Shown here in pieces: positions 20,101-30,643 of a stretch of 64,000 nt of DNA; the stretch's first letter is position 1, and the number at the start of each line of letters is the position of its first letter. The stretch spans positions 128,001 to 192,000 of the forward strand of contig JAZLKX010000025.1 in assembly GCA_045597865.1 (NCBI GenBank), in the 5' to 3' direction. The notes beneath the pieces were generated by a model. The model saw only the letters and a program-made list of their open reading frames with translations, was not told where the DNA came from and did no database searches. The translations under genes were made by a program, and so were the position numbers. The DNA is from Bacilli bacterium (GTDB lineage: Bacteria > Bacillota_I > Bacilli_A > RFN20 > CAG-826).

Positions 20101-21297
20101 CCATTCGAATTTGAAAAAGATTCTCACAAAATCTATGGTTCAGACTTAATCAACGATGTTGCAAAATCTCTTCTTGGTAAAGATAACGTCGAATACGGTT
20201 CACTTATGATGGCAGGTTATGCTAAGAACATCAAAAACATCAATACTGATAAGATTCTTACAAATGATTTGTCATTCAAGCAACTTGATGGATTCTACCC
20301 AGTTGGTACAGCTCCAACCGAAAATAAATCCATTAACAACTACACTGAAATGCCAAGCAACGACATTTATGTCGGTAACCCACTTAAATCAAATACTCTC
20401 ATCATTCAACAATTTGTTATGAGATCTGTAGCAGACAACTACTACACAATCACAAACAAAGCTACAGGTGAAGAAGTTTACCGTAATGCATTAACAGATA
20501 TGTTATTCGGTACAACAATGGGCAAAGCAAACCTTTATAAATCCCACGTTGATGCTGATTACCTTGGTGCAGGTTATGTTGCTCATAGAGCTGTCTCAAT
20601 TGCTCCACTTTATAACCCAGAAACAAAAGTTCCATTTGCTTCAGGTGATTATGAACTCAAGTTCAACTATCAACTCGCAGGAACAGGTAAATGGGTAAGC
20701 AAAGCTTACACACTTCATATTGATGCTGAAAGCCCACTTGTATCATCAATTGTCGACTTTAAAGAAGGCGGTGTTGATAAAGTTCGTATTACATTTAAGG
20801 ATACGCGCTGCGCATACGCACTTGTTGGCTCAAATAAAGTTGAAGTTAAGTATGACGAAAAACAAAAAGTTTATTACGCTGATGTAAACAAAGCTATTGT
20901 TGATTCAGCAATTAATAAAAATGCTACTGAATTCTCAAGCTCAAGACTTATTATCAGAGCTTACGACTATGCTCGTGGAGAAACAGTTGCAATTGTCCAC
21001 TTTAGTGGAAATGACTATTCTCACTACACCTTAGCACAAGGACAAGGCTTCTCAACAAATGCCGACTTCACATATGAAAACGATGTCTTAAAGATTTACG
21101 AATTTAATGAAGATGGCACAAAAGTAGAAGTTACAAACGTAAATGGATTTAATTACGTTAGTGGTGATGTCGAAAAACAAAACGACACAGCCTTAATCCT
21201 TGGCTTATCTATCGGAGGCGGTGTGCTTGTCCTCGGTGGAATAGGTGTTGGTATATTCTTCTTATTAAAGAAGAAAAAAATTATTGGAGGTAAATAA
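17152..21297 (+). CDS. Cell-envelope S8 subtilase (lactocepin/C5a-peptidase-like): propeptide, S8 with PA insert, C-terminal membrane anchor
   Basis: Triad IAVLDNE, HGSHVASIAAG, GTSMAAP; SAGNGG; PA domain (VAIVNRG..FAEK..AGA); KPEITTPG; QGAGMVN; C-terminal TM plus KKKK. Confidence 0.92.
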   Translation: MLKVGLLCGVIAAMSATGVKASLDARVESKPCDARFIVELKEDIENLTADEAIKQQDSVIRKIKRQINSNVVKDRNFTILNNAFVIKANKSDKEAILDIPGVKEVTEDGQHVVKHTEGSNGFTISVNGSGDGGSTIDLSQNASSITMKKPDNTNDGEGTLIAVLDNEFYLRAEHKENGVTVPSYSHVTFTDLDKSVHTRIPNFTQMKKRAANTYAIKKQISTADLGEEGSLYFNRKVPFYYDYAGDSYTGSSSGAVEDFDVESKIDLHGSHVASIAAGNDPDYKGIAPKAQLALMKVFTDVHSTPASDAAGNGKYGSFSEIGFITALEDAIALKVDAINVSIGSDLADFEQGSISQRTLDKIAKAGILSAISAGNGGKSSYAFTGGYANWTQDMVETGVMGSFANNASTMTIASGQPEWTFYENSLRIGDQVVPYEDQIVNRDGEAEDYTEEHRMQQLITESIDPDLEPTPEQQLKEIGYVYVKGFGEKKDYDKKDLSNKVAIVNRGKTSFAEKYAAAEEAGASALLIINNDPTENDFTFRCDFGDEKGSINKPVALVLFKDKPFFEANPEGKFMVKKNTSSVNKLANTISDFSTEGATYDLDLKPEITTPGSNIKGAVWPQNKKEKLPENKFKSYEYFNGTSMAAPNYEGAMAVVLSKVTKDLVADNRVTDEEEQAILDYRKTINMRMMSTAIPMHDYEKNQEDNQNTLTSPRMQGAGMVNLDGAYNTEVYVKGSDTNRPDEELDTSKILLRNSEGIAKGNIKLNFTVVNESSSEKSFAIKYNVMRPALAKSNKVLTDDYAAPIEVSDVRNFTGWEYYAPEEHKVVVADGKANYKDVFKVAKDIEYYATEAAYLAETPDGVIKEGLYYCADENPQEGQKVNWQICPDYDYQSVKDVQIAEVNGPTITVPANGSLKVSLDEFAIPEDAKAKIEELYATGTFIEGFVSLKAQGSYPDLSVPYMGFYSLTDKHADYDYSTPEVVEPFEFEKDSHKIYGSDLINDVAKSLLGKDNVEYGSLMMAGYAKNIKNINTDKILTNDLSFKQLDGFYPVGTAPTENKSINNYTEMPSNDIYVGNPLKSNTLIIQQFVMRSVADNYYTITNKATGEEVYRNALTDMLFGTTMGKANLYKSHVDADYLGAGYVAHRAVSIAPLYNPETKVPFASGDYELKFNYQLAGTGKWVSKAYTLHIDAESPLVSSIVDFKEGGVDKVRITFKDTRCAYALVGSNKVEVKYDEKQKVYYADVNKAIVDSAINKNATEFSSSRLIIRAYDYARGETVAIVHFSGNDYSHYTLAQGQGFSTNADFTYENDVLKIYEFNEDGTKVEVTNVNGFNYVSGDVEKQNDTALILGLSIGGGVLVLGGIGVGIFFLLKKKKIIGGK

Positions 21298-21299
21298 AA

Positions 21300-24200
21300 A
21301 TGAAAAAAGGAAAATTACTTAAAACCTCAATTGTACTTGCTCTTGCGGGAGTAGGTGCAGCCTCATGTCTTGCTGGATGTGGAAAAGAAGATCCAAAAGC
21401 AGAAGTTGCTTTTGCTTTCTCAATTGGTCTTAGATCTGGCAAAAACGAATTCCGTGTAGGACAAACTGACCAAATCGTTGTCTATGACAATGGTGGTAAA
21501 GATTCAGCAAATCGTTCCTACAAATATTATTCATCAAATCCAAGCGTTGCTTCTGTTGATGAAAATACTGGTGCTGTTAGCTTTAATAGTCCAGGAAATG
21601 ATGTTTCTTTCTATGTTAAAGAAAGCAAAGTTTCTAACCCAGCTCAACTTGTTAAGCCAGTTAACGTCATCGCAAATAATGTTGGCAATGCAGATGGTGG
21701 ATTTAACTTTGCAAGTGCATCTGGAGATGCAGCAATTGCAAAAAGAACAGAAATCCTTGGTAAACTTGAAAAATACACCATGGATTCACATTTAACAGGT
21801 ATCACACTTTTCGATAATGGTGGTCTTGTTAGATATTCTGATCGTGTTGTCTTACCAACTGGTGGTAAATATGTCACAGGTTATGGTTTCGGTCTTCTTA
21901 CCGAAGGTAGTCTTGATCCATCAAAACCATTAACTGGTACTGACGGACAAAAGAACAAAGATTATTTACATAGTGCTATTGCTCAAGACTCACTTAAGAT
22001 TAACCAATACACAGCTACTGGTTCTCAAGTTTCTGACTTAGCAAGCTACATTACCTCAACCTATTGGGGCACAAAGCTCAAAGGTTTAGGTTATGAATGG
22101 ACTCCAGTTCTTGCAGCTGATGAAGTTTACCCAGTTTCAGTTGCAGCTGATGGTTCAGTTTCCTTGGATAAATCCAAGAAAGTTCCAAATAGTGAACCAA
22201 TTCCAATGGAACCTGAAAATGATCTTAAGATGTATAAGAAGTGGAGAATTTACGTCAAAACTGATGGCGACGTTAATGGTTCAGTTCTTAAATTCCATCA
22301 AAAGGTTGTAAGCGGTGATTCTGTCGTTGCAGGTCCTCTTGATAATGTTCCAGTCACAATTGATGACTACATCTTCCCATACAAGATGTTATTAACAGGC
22401 TCTAATGCTGTTATTCGTGGTACAGAAATGGCTAACGATTCATCTTATGGTATTAAAGGTGCTGCAAGATACTTCTCTGATACAAAATCAGAATTAAACA
22501 TTGATAAAATCAATGAAAAGTGGAATACAGCAGTTAGTGGTAACAAACTTGGTATTCACTCTGGTAGTGATGAAAATGGTGCATACCTTGATATTGAATT
22601 AATCAATGCTATTGACTCATTCACAGCAATGTATACATTGTCATCAAGCTTAGTTTCACCTCTTCCACAAAAGATGTTTATTGGTGCAGACGCAGTTGTT
22701 CCAAATGATTTCAAAAAATCAGCAACTTACTACGGCACATTCAATAACGGTGCTAATAACGATATTCTTAAATATACCGTTTCTTGTGGTCCATTCACTT
22801 TATCTAAATGGGAAAAGAACCAACAAATCGTTTTCGATCGTAATGACGATTGGTTCGAATATAAGAAACCAGATGGCACTTTAACAGGTAGATACAACAT
22901 TCCAGGTATTTATTACCGTGTTATCGATGTTTCCCAAAACCCAGAAAAGACTTGGGATCAATTCGAAGAAGGTAACCTTGACTCAGTCGGCGTTCCAATT
23001 AAAAAAGTCGCTGAATGGAAAGGAAAACCAGGTATTTATGAAACAGAAGGTGATTCAACATTTAAATTAAATGTTAACTCCTGTACACAAGAACAATGGA
23101 ATGAAAAATTTGGTCCAAATGGTTCAATTTCTGCAAACTCAAACTGGGATATTAAACCATGGATGTCAAATGCAAACTTCCTTGATGGCTTATTCTACTC
23201 AATCGATAGAAAACAATTCGCAGATAAGCGTGGTGTTAAACCATCAATTAACTATTTCTCAGATTCATACATGGCAGACCCACAAAAGGGTATTTCATAT
23301 AACTCAACTCAAGCACACAAAGATGCAGTTAAGGGTTATGAAACAATTGACGAAAACGGCATTTCTGACTATGGTTATGATTTCGACAAAGCATTGTCAT
23401 GCTTTAGAAATGCAGTTAAACAATTATCTGATGCAAATAAGATTGCTTTAGGTACTAAAGAAAATCCAACCGAAATCCATATTCATATTAGATGGATGTA
23501 TCAAACCGATATTAAAGAGTACGGTGAAGATATTAAGTTCTACTTCGAAAAGGCATTCAATGATGATGCTGTTTGTGGTGGAAAAGTTAAACTCGTTGTT
23601 GACCAAGACGCAGTTACAAACTGGGAAGACGTTTACAACGAATGGATGATGAAAGGTCAATTCGACCTTGGTTTCGGTGCTATTTCCGGTAACACATTCA
23701 ACCCACTTAACTTTATGGAAGTTTTAAAGAGCGATAACTCTTCAAGCTTCACACTTAACTGGGGTGCTGATACAGGAAAAATTGATCCACTTCACCCAAT
23801 CGTCTATGACGATGGTAAAGGTGCAAAAGAATGGTCATTCGATGGACTTTGGGAAGTCGCAGACCATGGTGGAATCTTATCAAAAGGCGTTAAAGTTGAA
23901 CCAGTCAAATCAGCAAGAGTTGACATTGATTGCTTTACAAGAGGTGGAGAGATGATCGAAAATGGTGATCTTTACTCAGGCGCATTTGATTTATCACTTC
24001 CAATTGAATTCGTTAAATTCGGTTCTGGCGATAGTGATATCTTTGATATCAATAGAGTTGATGCTTACATTGTTGGTAAGGGAAATACAACTTTAGGTGA
24101 AAAATCTGAAGGTACTCTCACATACGATAAAGCAAATAAAAAGATTATTATTCATGTCTCTGATCAAATGGCAAAAGACATCAATGATGACATTATTTCA

Positions 24201-24356
24201 GCTCAACGTTTCACACCAGAACAACAAGCAGAACATCCAGAATACAAGACTCCATTTAACACTGGTAAATATGGTGTCTATTACGAATTCGAAATTTATT
24301 ATTCAATTAAAATTGAAGATACATTTAGCGAAAACTTTGTTACTGTTAGCATGTAA
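21300..24356 (+). CDS. oppA: OppA-like (SBP family 5) lipoprotein with an N-terminal Ig-like domain
   Basis: Lipobox LAGC; SSNPSVASVDENTGAV (Big_2-like); PVTIDDY, SCGPFTL..W, FDRN, FYSIDR, GQFDLGFG; 1018 aa; upstream of oppBCDF. Confidence 0.7.
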   Translation: MKKGKLLKTSIVLALAGVGAASCLAGCGKEDPKAEVAFAFSIGLRSGKNEFRVGQTDQIVVYDNGGKDSANRSYKYYSSNPSVASVDENTGAVSFNSPGNDVSFYVKESKVSNPAQLVKPVNVIANNVGNADGGFNFASASGDAAIAKRTEILGKLEKYTMDSHLTGITLFDNGGLVRYSDRVVLPTGGKYVTGYGFGLLTEGSLDPSKPLTGTDGQKNKDYLHSAIAQDSLKINQYTATGSQVSDLASYITSTYWGTKLKGLGYEWTPVLAADEVYPVSVAADGSVSLDKSKKVPNSEPIPMEPENDLKMYKKWRIYVKTDGDVNGSVLKFHQKVVSGDSVVAGPLDNVPVTIDDYIFPYKMLLTGSNAVIRGTEMANDSSYGIKGAARYFSDTKSELNIDKINEKWNTAVSGNKLGIHSGSDENGAYLDIELINAIDSFTAMYTLSSSLVSPLPQKMFIGADAVVPNDFKKSATYYGTFNNGANNDILKYTVSCGPFTLSKWEKNQQIVFDRNDDWFEYKKPDGTLTGRYNIPGIYYRVIDVSQNPEKTWDQFEEGNLDSVGVPIKKVAEWKGKPGIYETEGDSTFKLNVNSCTQEQWNEKFGPNGSISANSNWDIKPWMSNANFLDGLFYSIDRKQFADKRGVKPSINYFSDSYMADPQKGISYNSTQAHKDAVKGYETIDENGISDYGYDFDKALSCFRNAVKQLSDANKIALGTKENPTEIHIHIRWMYQTDIKEYGEDIKFYFEKAFNDDAVCGGKVKLVVDQDAVTNWEDVYNEWMMKGQFDLGFGAISGNTFNPLNFMEVLKSDNSSSFTLNWGADTGKIDPLHPIVYDDGKGAKEWSFDGLWEVADHGGILSKGVKVEPVKSARVDIDCFTRGGEMIENGDLYSGAFDLSLPIEFVKFGSGDSDIFDINRVDAYIVGKGNTTLGEKSEGTLTYDKANKKIIIHVSDQMAKDINDDIISAQRFTPEQQAEHPEYKTPFNTGKYGVYYEFEIYYSIKIEDTFSENFVTVSM

Positions 24357-24373
24357 TTAAGGAGGGCAATGTT

Positions 24374-25570
24374 ATGAAAAAGAATTTACTTAAAGTTGTA
24401 ACAGGTGCTCTTAGTGTTTTCGCTCTTGCTTCATGCGGCAATAACATTCCAAAAACTGAAGACAAGTCATTTCCAGGTGTAGGTTATTCTGATAAAGATT
24501 ATGTCGGTGTCTATGAATTAAACAAATGTTTATTCCTTGGCGAAACCGGACAAATCGATCTTGACTATATGCCTGAAAGTTATGGTCCAAAAATCAAATA
24601 CGAATCTTTAGACAAGAACATTGTTGAAGTTTCCGACATTGGAGTATTAACTCCAGTTAAAGAAGGCTTAACAGTTGTTCTTGTTAAAGACGACGCTGAT
24701 AAAGTCATTGGTAAAGTCAATGTTCTTGTTGCAAAAGACGATGAAACAAATGCTGTTAATACTATTAATAGTATTAAAGCAGCATATACTGGCGCAGGTT
24801 ATACAGCTCCAAAACAAGCTCATAAAATTGAATATTCTTACGAGAAATATTTCAAAGATGGCGTTGAACACCATGGTTATACTTCTTATGAAGAAATGTA
24901 CTATGATAGATCAAAAGGCATCTTTATGGTTGGCGGTGACGACATCATGACTTATACAAGTAATGGTGCAAGAGAAGTCGCTTCTGGCTATTGGCATTTC
25001 CAAGTTCTTGGCATGAAAACAAGAATGGTTCACGTTACAAACACCGTTAGAAATTATTACGATTTCAACTCAGCTGACTACGGAATGTCAAAATACAAAG
25101 TTATTGAAGATATTCTCGACATGTTCTTTGTTTCTGGAAAGAAAATTGCTAATGATTTACTTTCAGATTTCTCAGGAAAAGAATATTTCTTAGCTTATTG
25201 TGATTTCTATCCAAAAGACGAAGAAATTAAGTGCTACGCAGATGATGAAAATAACCTTTCAATGCAACTTGCTTTCACAGATGATGAAGGTGTTGTTGAT
25301 GTCGAAGATGAGCTTCAATATTTAGATATGTATGAAGGCACTCCATACTTCGAAACTGATAAAATTTCATATATATATGAAAGTAACAAATGTATCGGTT
25401 CTGATATCTATGCAACTTACGATTACACACAAGACGAAAGTATGTGGCAAAGACAATTCTATAGATCAATGAGATTTGACAATGAATATGAACCAGAAAG
25501 TTTTGATTTTTCTGACAAAGAAATGAAAGACGCTGGCTACTTCAAAGTCGATACAATGTTTGATTTATAA
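24374..25570 (+). CDS. Lipoprotein with an Ig-like (Big_2) domain
   Basis: Lipobox LASC; YESLDKNIVEVSDIGVLTPVKEG; SD AGGAGG. Confidence 0.75.
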   Translation: MKKNLLKVVTGALSVFALASCGNNIPKTEDKSFPGVGYSDKDYVGVYELNKCLFLGETGQIDLDYMPESYGPKIKYESLDKNIVEVSDIGVLTPVKEGLTVVLVKDDADKVIGKVNVLVAKDDETNAVNTINSIKAAYTGAGYTAPKQAHKIEYSYEKYFKDGVEHHGYTSYEEMYYDRSKGIFMVGGDDIMTYTSNGAREVASGYWHFQVLGMKTRMVHVTNTVRNYYDFNSADYGMSKYKVIEDILDMFFVSGKKIANDLLSDFSGKEYFLAYCDFYPKDEEIKCYADDENNLSMQLAFTDDEGVVDVEDELQYLDMYEGTPYFETDKISYIYESNKCIGSDIYATYDYTQDESMWQRQFYRSMRFDNEYEPESFDFSDKEMKDAGYFKVDTMFDL

Positions 25571-25586
25571 TTCGAATAATTTATTC

Positions 25587-25622
25587 AAAAAGGTGGTGGA
25601 TTAAAATTCACCATCTTTTTTT
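25587..25622 (+). terminator. Intrinsic terminator ending the protease-oppA-lipoprotein unit
   Basis: AAAAAGGTGGTGGA-TTAAAA-TTCACCATCTTTTTTT. Confidence 0.7.
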
Positions 25623-25718
25623 ATAAAAATAAAATGTTGATATAGGAAATGTATTTTTATATAATATAAAAGCGTTTTGCGAAACGTAAAAAGAAACCGA
25701 GGTTTTTTAAAAGTCTAA

Positions 25719-26768
25719 ATGTTAAAGTACTCTATTAAGAGAATTATATTAGCTTTAGTGACAGCGTTCATTATTTTAACGCTTACTTTTTTCCTCGTTA
25801 AATCACTTCCACCTAGAGGTGTTGTTTCACCAGATGCAAACGTTAGATATGCCTTCTATCTTGACCAATTAGATTTAGGCTACGTAGTAGATATGCCGGT
25901 TGAACATCCAGAACTTGGCAAGTTACTTGAACACTTCCACTTCGATGTTGATCATAGTGACCATTATTTCTACACAAAACCAATCTTAGATCAATATGGT
26001 GCATGGCTTACAAACATTGTTACAAAGTGGGACTGGGGTAGATCAACTGTTATCGAACCTAACTCATCCGCTATTCATATTATCTTTGAAAGATTACCGA
26101 CATCATTCTCGGTTAATATTATTTCCGTTATTATTTCCGTTCCATTAGGAATTTTCTTTGGTATTATCGCAGGACTTAAGAAGAACACTTGGTTAGACCA
26201 TACTATTTCAACATTAGTTATGATCTTCATTTCTATTCCATCCTTCGTTATTATCATTTTCTTAGTTTATTTACTTGGTATTAAGGCTGGACTTCCAACC
26301 TTGTGGCCAACAAACGATGCTGCTTCAGGAACTAAAGCCCTGGGTTATATTATTCCAGTTCTTTCACTTTCCTTTGGCTCTGTTTGTGGTTACACCCGTT
26401 TCGTTCGTGCTGAACTTTGTGAAGTTATGTCTTCAGAGTATTTATTGCTCGCAAGAACAAAAGGTTTAACAAAGAACCAAGCAATTACAAGACATGCTTT
26501 AAGAAATGCCTTTGTTCCAATTCTTCCATCAATTTTGGCTGAATTCATTGGTGTTTTCTCTGGAAGTATGATTCTTGAATCAATTTATGATATTCCAGGT
26601 ATTGGTAATATTTATATTAGAGCTCTTAACCAATCCAACCCAGACTACAACGTCTTAATGGTTGATATGGCTGTTTTCACAACCGTTGGTTTACTCGCAG
26701 GTATTATCCTTGACCTTTCATATGGATTTATTGATCCTCGTATTAGAATGGGAGAAAAGAATAGTTAA
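25719..26768 (+). CDS. oppB: Oligopeptide ABC permease OppB
   Basis: MLKYSIKR start, DWGRS, EAA-type loop YLLLARTKGL..HALRNA, IDPRIR end. Confidence 0.9.
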   Translation: MLKYSIKRIILALVTAFIILTLTFFLVKSLPPRGVVSPDANVRYAFYLDQLDLGYVVDMPVEHPELGKLLEHFHFDVDHSDHYFYTKPILDQYGAWLTNIVTKWDWGRSTVIEPNSSAIHIIFERLPTSFSVNIISVIISVPLGIFFGIIAGLKKNTWLDHTISTLVMIFISIPSFVIIIFLVYLLGIKAGLPTLWPTNDAASGTKALGYIIPVLSLSFGSVCGYTRFVRAELCEVMSSEYLLLARTKGLTKNQAITRHALRNAFVPILPSILAEFIGVFSGSMILESIYDIPGIGNIYIRALNQSNPDYNVLMVDMAVFTTVGLLAGIILDLSYGFIDPRIRMGEKNS

Positions 26769-26770
26769 TT

Positions 26771-28876
26771 ATGGCTAACGAAAAAGACGAATTTAACTTA
26801 AAAAACTTGCCTCCTGAGGTTAATGATCCAGAAATCTCCAAGGACGATTTTAAGCTTGTCCAAGTAGATGCTAAGATTCATGATCAAAAGTTCCAAACAA
26901 AGCCAACAACTTTCATTAAGGACTGTTTCAAGAGATTCTGCAAGAATAAATCAAGCGTTGTCGCTACATTTATCCTTGGTCTTTTACTCGTATTATCTGT
27001 TTTAGTTCCTATTATTGGCAAAACAAGTGAAGTTCATGAGACAAGTGGCTCACACCCAACAAACTATTACCTTGAACCAAAATTATTCAATGCTGGTTCA
27101 GGATTCTGGGATGGAACAAAACAATTAGTAGATATTCCAGTTAACCCTGAAACAGGTTATCCATCTGCTGACGATTATGTTAGAGGTGCTATTTCAGATC
27201 TTAAGATTGGTGAAGAACAATACACCAAGAATGCTACAGCATTCGGTAAAGATGGTTATGTCCAATTTGGTTATTACCAATCTATGCAAGCACCAGTAAC
27301 TGATGAAGATGGCAATGTTAAAAATGGTTACATTGCAATGGGTGGATTAAAAGAAATTCCAAAATACGATTTCGACTCAACCTTAAAGATTACAAACTTT
27401 GATGTTTATGATGAAGCTAAGTTACAAGCCTCAGATGAGAAAATAAAAGTTTTCCCAGAAGGATATCATGCTGGTAAAGCAGCTTTATTCCTTAAATTTG
27501 AAAAAGATGCTAAATCATATGAAATTGCATTAACTGATTATAAATCAGTTCATAACATCGGTTTAGGTGAAGATGCAATCAATGTTTCAAGTGTTTTTGC
27601 AAGCTTCTATGAAGAACACGCTATTGAAAAGAGCTGGACCAACAAAGTTGTTGATAAACCATCCATTCAAATTAGAGTTCTTAACGAAAATACAAAGGAT
27701 TCCGGAAAGAATACTTGTGTTTTAGTCAAGTCAATTAAGATTGAAGCTTTAGGAACAAATTCAGAGTTATTTAATGCTCTTTCATTTGATAACGGTACTC
27801 TTTGTATGAACCGTAGCGTTAAAAACGATGGAATGTGGGAAAATAAATCTGATATTCTCTTCTCTCGTCTTGGCGCTTACCTTTCAAAAGCTGTCCTTTG
27901 TTCATTCACATATGATACATATGAAGCAGCTTTAGGAACCGATGCAGTTGACGTCTTCATTTCTGATATTGAGAAGTGGGTTGAAGCTGGTTATCTTGAA
28001 TACGATTCAGGAATTATGCCAGGTGGATTAGTCATTCCAGGAATGTTTAAGTGCAACATTCTTGATGAAGGTAAATGTCCTCTTGCAGAACCATTTACTC
28101 AAGAAGATTTAGTTTATGATAAGGCAACTGGTCGTGTTAGCAAAGTACACGCCAAAGTTATGAAATACAAGACCTTATTTGGTCTTGAAAAGATGCCAGT
28201 CTTCCTTATGGGAACTGACCAAACTGGTAGAGATATGTTCATTTATGTCTTTGAAGGCTTAAGAACATCACTTTTACTTGGTATTGCTACAACAGTTATT
28301 TGTTTCTTATTCGGATTACTTTGGGGTTCAGTCTCAGGTTACTTCGGTGGAAACGTTGACTTAGTCATGGAAAGATTTACTGATATTCTTGCCGGTATTC
28401 CATGGATTGTTGTTATGACATTAACAATCATTCACTTAGGATCTAACTTTATTACATTTGCATTAGCACTTTGTTTAACAGGTTGGATTGGAACGGCCGC
28501 TACAACAAGAACACAGTTCTATAGATTTAGAGGTAGAGAATACGTTCTCGCTTCACGTACACTTGGCGCTTCTCATGGTAGACTTATCGCCAAACACATC
28601 TTACCAAATGCTATGGGTACAATTATTACTTCAGCAGTCTTAATGGTCCCATCTGTTATCTTTAGCGAAGCTACAATCTCATATTTAGGCTTAGGCTTTA
28701 AAAACTTAGCTTCACTTGGTGTTATTCTTTCTGATAATCAGATTGAGTTAACTAACCACCCATATCTTTTGATATTCCCATCAATCATTATCGCATTACT
28801 TATGATTTCATTTAACTTATTCGGAAACGGCTTAAGAGACGCTGTTAACCCAAGTTTGAAAGGAGAAGGTGAATAA
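26771..28876 (+). CDS. oppC: Oligopeptide ABC permease OppC with a ~400-aa extracellular insertion
   Basis: RFCKNK, GTDQTGRD, EYVLASRTLGAS..HILPN, GLRDAVNP; 701 aa. Confidence 0.88.
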   Translation: MANEKDEFNLKNLPPEVNDPEISKDDFKLVQVDAKIHDQKFQTKPTTFIKDCFKRFCKNKSSVVATFILGLLLVLSVLVPIIGKTSEVHETSGSHPTNYYLEPKLFNAGSGFWDGTKQLVDIPVNPETGYPSADDYVRGAISDLKIGEEQYTKNATAFGKDGYVQFGYYQSMQAPVTDEDGNVKNGYIAMGGLKEIPKYDFDSTLKITNFDVYDEAKLQASDEKIKVFPEGYHAGKAALFLKFEKDAKSYEIALTDYKSVHNIGLGEDAINVSSVFASFYEEHAIEKSWTNKVVDKPSIQIRVLNENTKDSGKNTCVLVKSIKIEALGTNSELFNALSFDNGTLCMNRSVKNDGMWENKSDILFSRLGAYLSKAVLCSFTYDTYEAALGTDAVDVFISDIEKWVEAGYLEYDSGIMPGGLVIPGMFKCNILDEGKCPLAEPFTQEDLVYDKATGRVSKVHAKVMKYKTLFGLEKMPVFLMGTDQTGRDMFIYVFEGLRTSLLLGIATTVICFLFGLLWGSVSGYFGGNVDLVMERFTDILAGIPWIVVMTLTIIHLGSNFITFALALCLTGWIGTAATTRTQFYRFRGREYVLASRTLGASHGRLIAKHILPNAMGTIITSAVLMVPSVIFSEATISYLGLGFKNLASLGVILSDNQIELTNHPYLLIFPSIIIALLMISFNLFGNGLRDAVNPSLKGEGE

Positions 28877-28877
28877 T

Positions 28878-30641
28878 ATGGAAAACGAAAATAAACAACC
28901 ATTATTATCGGTTAAAAACCTTAGAATTCATTTCTCTACAGACCATGGTTATGTTCAAGCTGTTAGAGGCGTTTCCTTTGACTTATACAAGGGCGAAACC
29001 CTTTGTATTGTCGGTGAATCAGGTTCAGGTAAATCAGTCACTAATAAAGCCATCATGGGTATTTTAGCTGCCAACGGTAGAATTGTTGACGGTTCCATCA
29101 TGTATGAAGGTGAAGATTTAACCAAAGTTTCTGAAGATGAATTCCATAGAATTCGTGGTCATAAGATTGGAATGATCTTCCAAGATCCACTTTCAAGCTT
29201 AAACCCAATCATGAGAATCGGTAAACAAATTACCGAAGCTATGCTTATCAACGCTTCACGTACAAAGAAAATGTACAATGATTTAGTTGTTGATGAACTT
29301 GTTGAATACAAAAATGCAAAGACAGAACTTAAGACTGGTCTTGCAAAGTATAAAGAAAACGTTAAGTTCTTAAAATCTGAGAAGAAAAAACAAATCAATC
29401 AAGCTAAGAATAGAGTCTCCAATGAAATTGAAGGCCGTAAGTATGGCTTAAAACGTGAACTTGGCGCAGATAAATTTGCAATTAATGATAAGTACAATAC
29501 TTTAATTGAACAAGTTAAAGGAAGCCCAAGTGAAATTGCAAGACTTGAAGCTGAAAGAAAAGAAGCTTTAGATAAAGTTATTGCAGAAAACAATACCAAA
29601 GTAAGCGAAGCTTTAGCAGATAAGGCTGAATTAAAAGCTGAAGCAGATGCTAAGGTTCTTGAACTTTCTAATAAGTTTGATTCTGAAATTGCCGAACTCA
29701 AACTTGAGTCTAAAAAAGCAATTGCAGAACTCAAAGCAAAATATAAACCAATCATTAAAGATGCTAAGGAAAAATTCAAAGCAAAATCTAAGGTTGCAAA
29801 GGTTGAAGTTAAAAACTTCAAAAAGTCCTTAAAAGACAAATATCGCCAGGAAATCGCTGATATTTTTGAAAAAATTGGTCAAAGCGAAGCTAAATTCTCA
29901 GTTAAGTCTAAACGTCTCCGCTTAGAATATAAGGCTGCACATGATAGATATATTTCTTCCTTAAGAATTACAAAGGCTGAAGCAAAAGCTAAGGCTTTAA
30001 AGATTATGGAAGAAGTTGGTATTAAAGATCCTGAAAAACGTTATAGACAATATCCATTTGAGTTCTCAGGTGGTATGAGACAACGTATTGTTATTGCTAT
30101 TGCATTAACAGCAGATCCAGACATCTTAATTTGTGATGAACCAACAACTGCTCTTGACGTTACAATTCAAGCTCAAATCCTTGAACTTATTAATAATTTA
30201 AAGAAAGAAAGACAACTCTCTTGTATTTTCATTACTCACGACTTAGGCGTTGTTGCTAACATGGCCGATAGAGTCGCAGTTATGTATGCAGGTAAGATTG
30301 TTGAATATGGAACAGAAGAAGAAATCTTCTATGATCCAAAACACCCATACACTTGGGCTTTACTTTCCTCAATCCCAGATGTTGACTCAAACGAAAAACT
30401 TGAGGCAATTCCAGGAACCCCTCCAAATATGATTTATCCACCAGTAGGTGATGCATTTGCTTTACGTAGTAAATACGCAATGGCAATTGACTTTAAGAAG
30501 GAACCACCTTTCTTTAAGGTTAGCGATACTCACTATGCTGCAACTTGGTTACTTGATCCAAGAGCACCAAAAGTTGAGATGCCAAAGATTGTCAAAACTC
30601 GTATTGAAAACTCCTTAAAAGCAAGGAAAGGAGGAAAATAA
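28878..30641 (+). CDS. oppD: Oligopeptide ABC ATPase OppD with a Lys/Glu/Ala-rich insertion
   Basis: [34 protein letters not shown]; about 240-aa helical insert; alternative GTG start at 28869. Confidence 0.9.
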   Translation: MENENKQPLLSVKNLRIHFSTDHGYVQAVRGVSFDLYKGETLCIVGESGSGKSVTNKAIMGILAANGRIVDGSIMYEGEDLTKVSEDEFHRIRGHKIGMIFQDPLSSLNPIMRIGKQITEAMLINASRTKKMYNDLVVDELVEYKNAKTELKTGLAKYKENVKFLKSEKKKQINQAKNRVSNEIEGRKYGLKRELGADKFAINDKYNTLIEQVKGSPSEIARLEAERKEALDKVIAENNTKVSEALADKAELKAEADAKVLELSNKFDSEIAELKLESKKAIAELKAKYKPIIKDAKEKFKAKSKVAKVEVKNFKKSLKDKYRQEIADIFEKIGQSEAKFSVKSKRLRLEYKAAHDRYISSLRITKAEAKAKALKIMEEVGIKDPEKRYRQYPFEFSGGMRQRIVIAIALTADPDILICDEPTTALDVTIQAQILELINNLKKERQLSCIFITHDLGVVANMADRVAVMYAGKIVEYGTEEEIFYDPKHPYTWALLSSIPDVDSNEKLEAIPGTPPNMIYPPVGDAFALRSKYAMAIDFKKEPPFFKVSDTHYAATWLLDPRAPKVEMPKIVKTRIENSLKARKGGK

Positions 30642-30643
30642 TC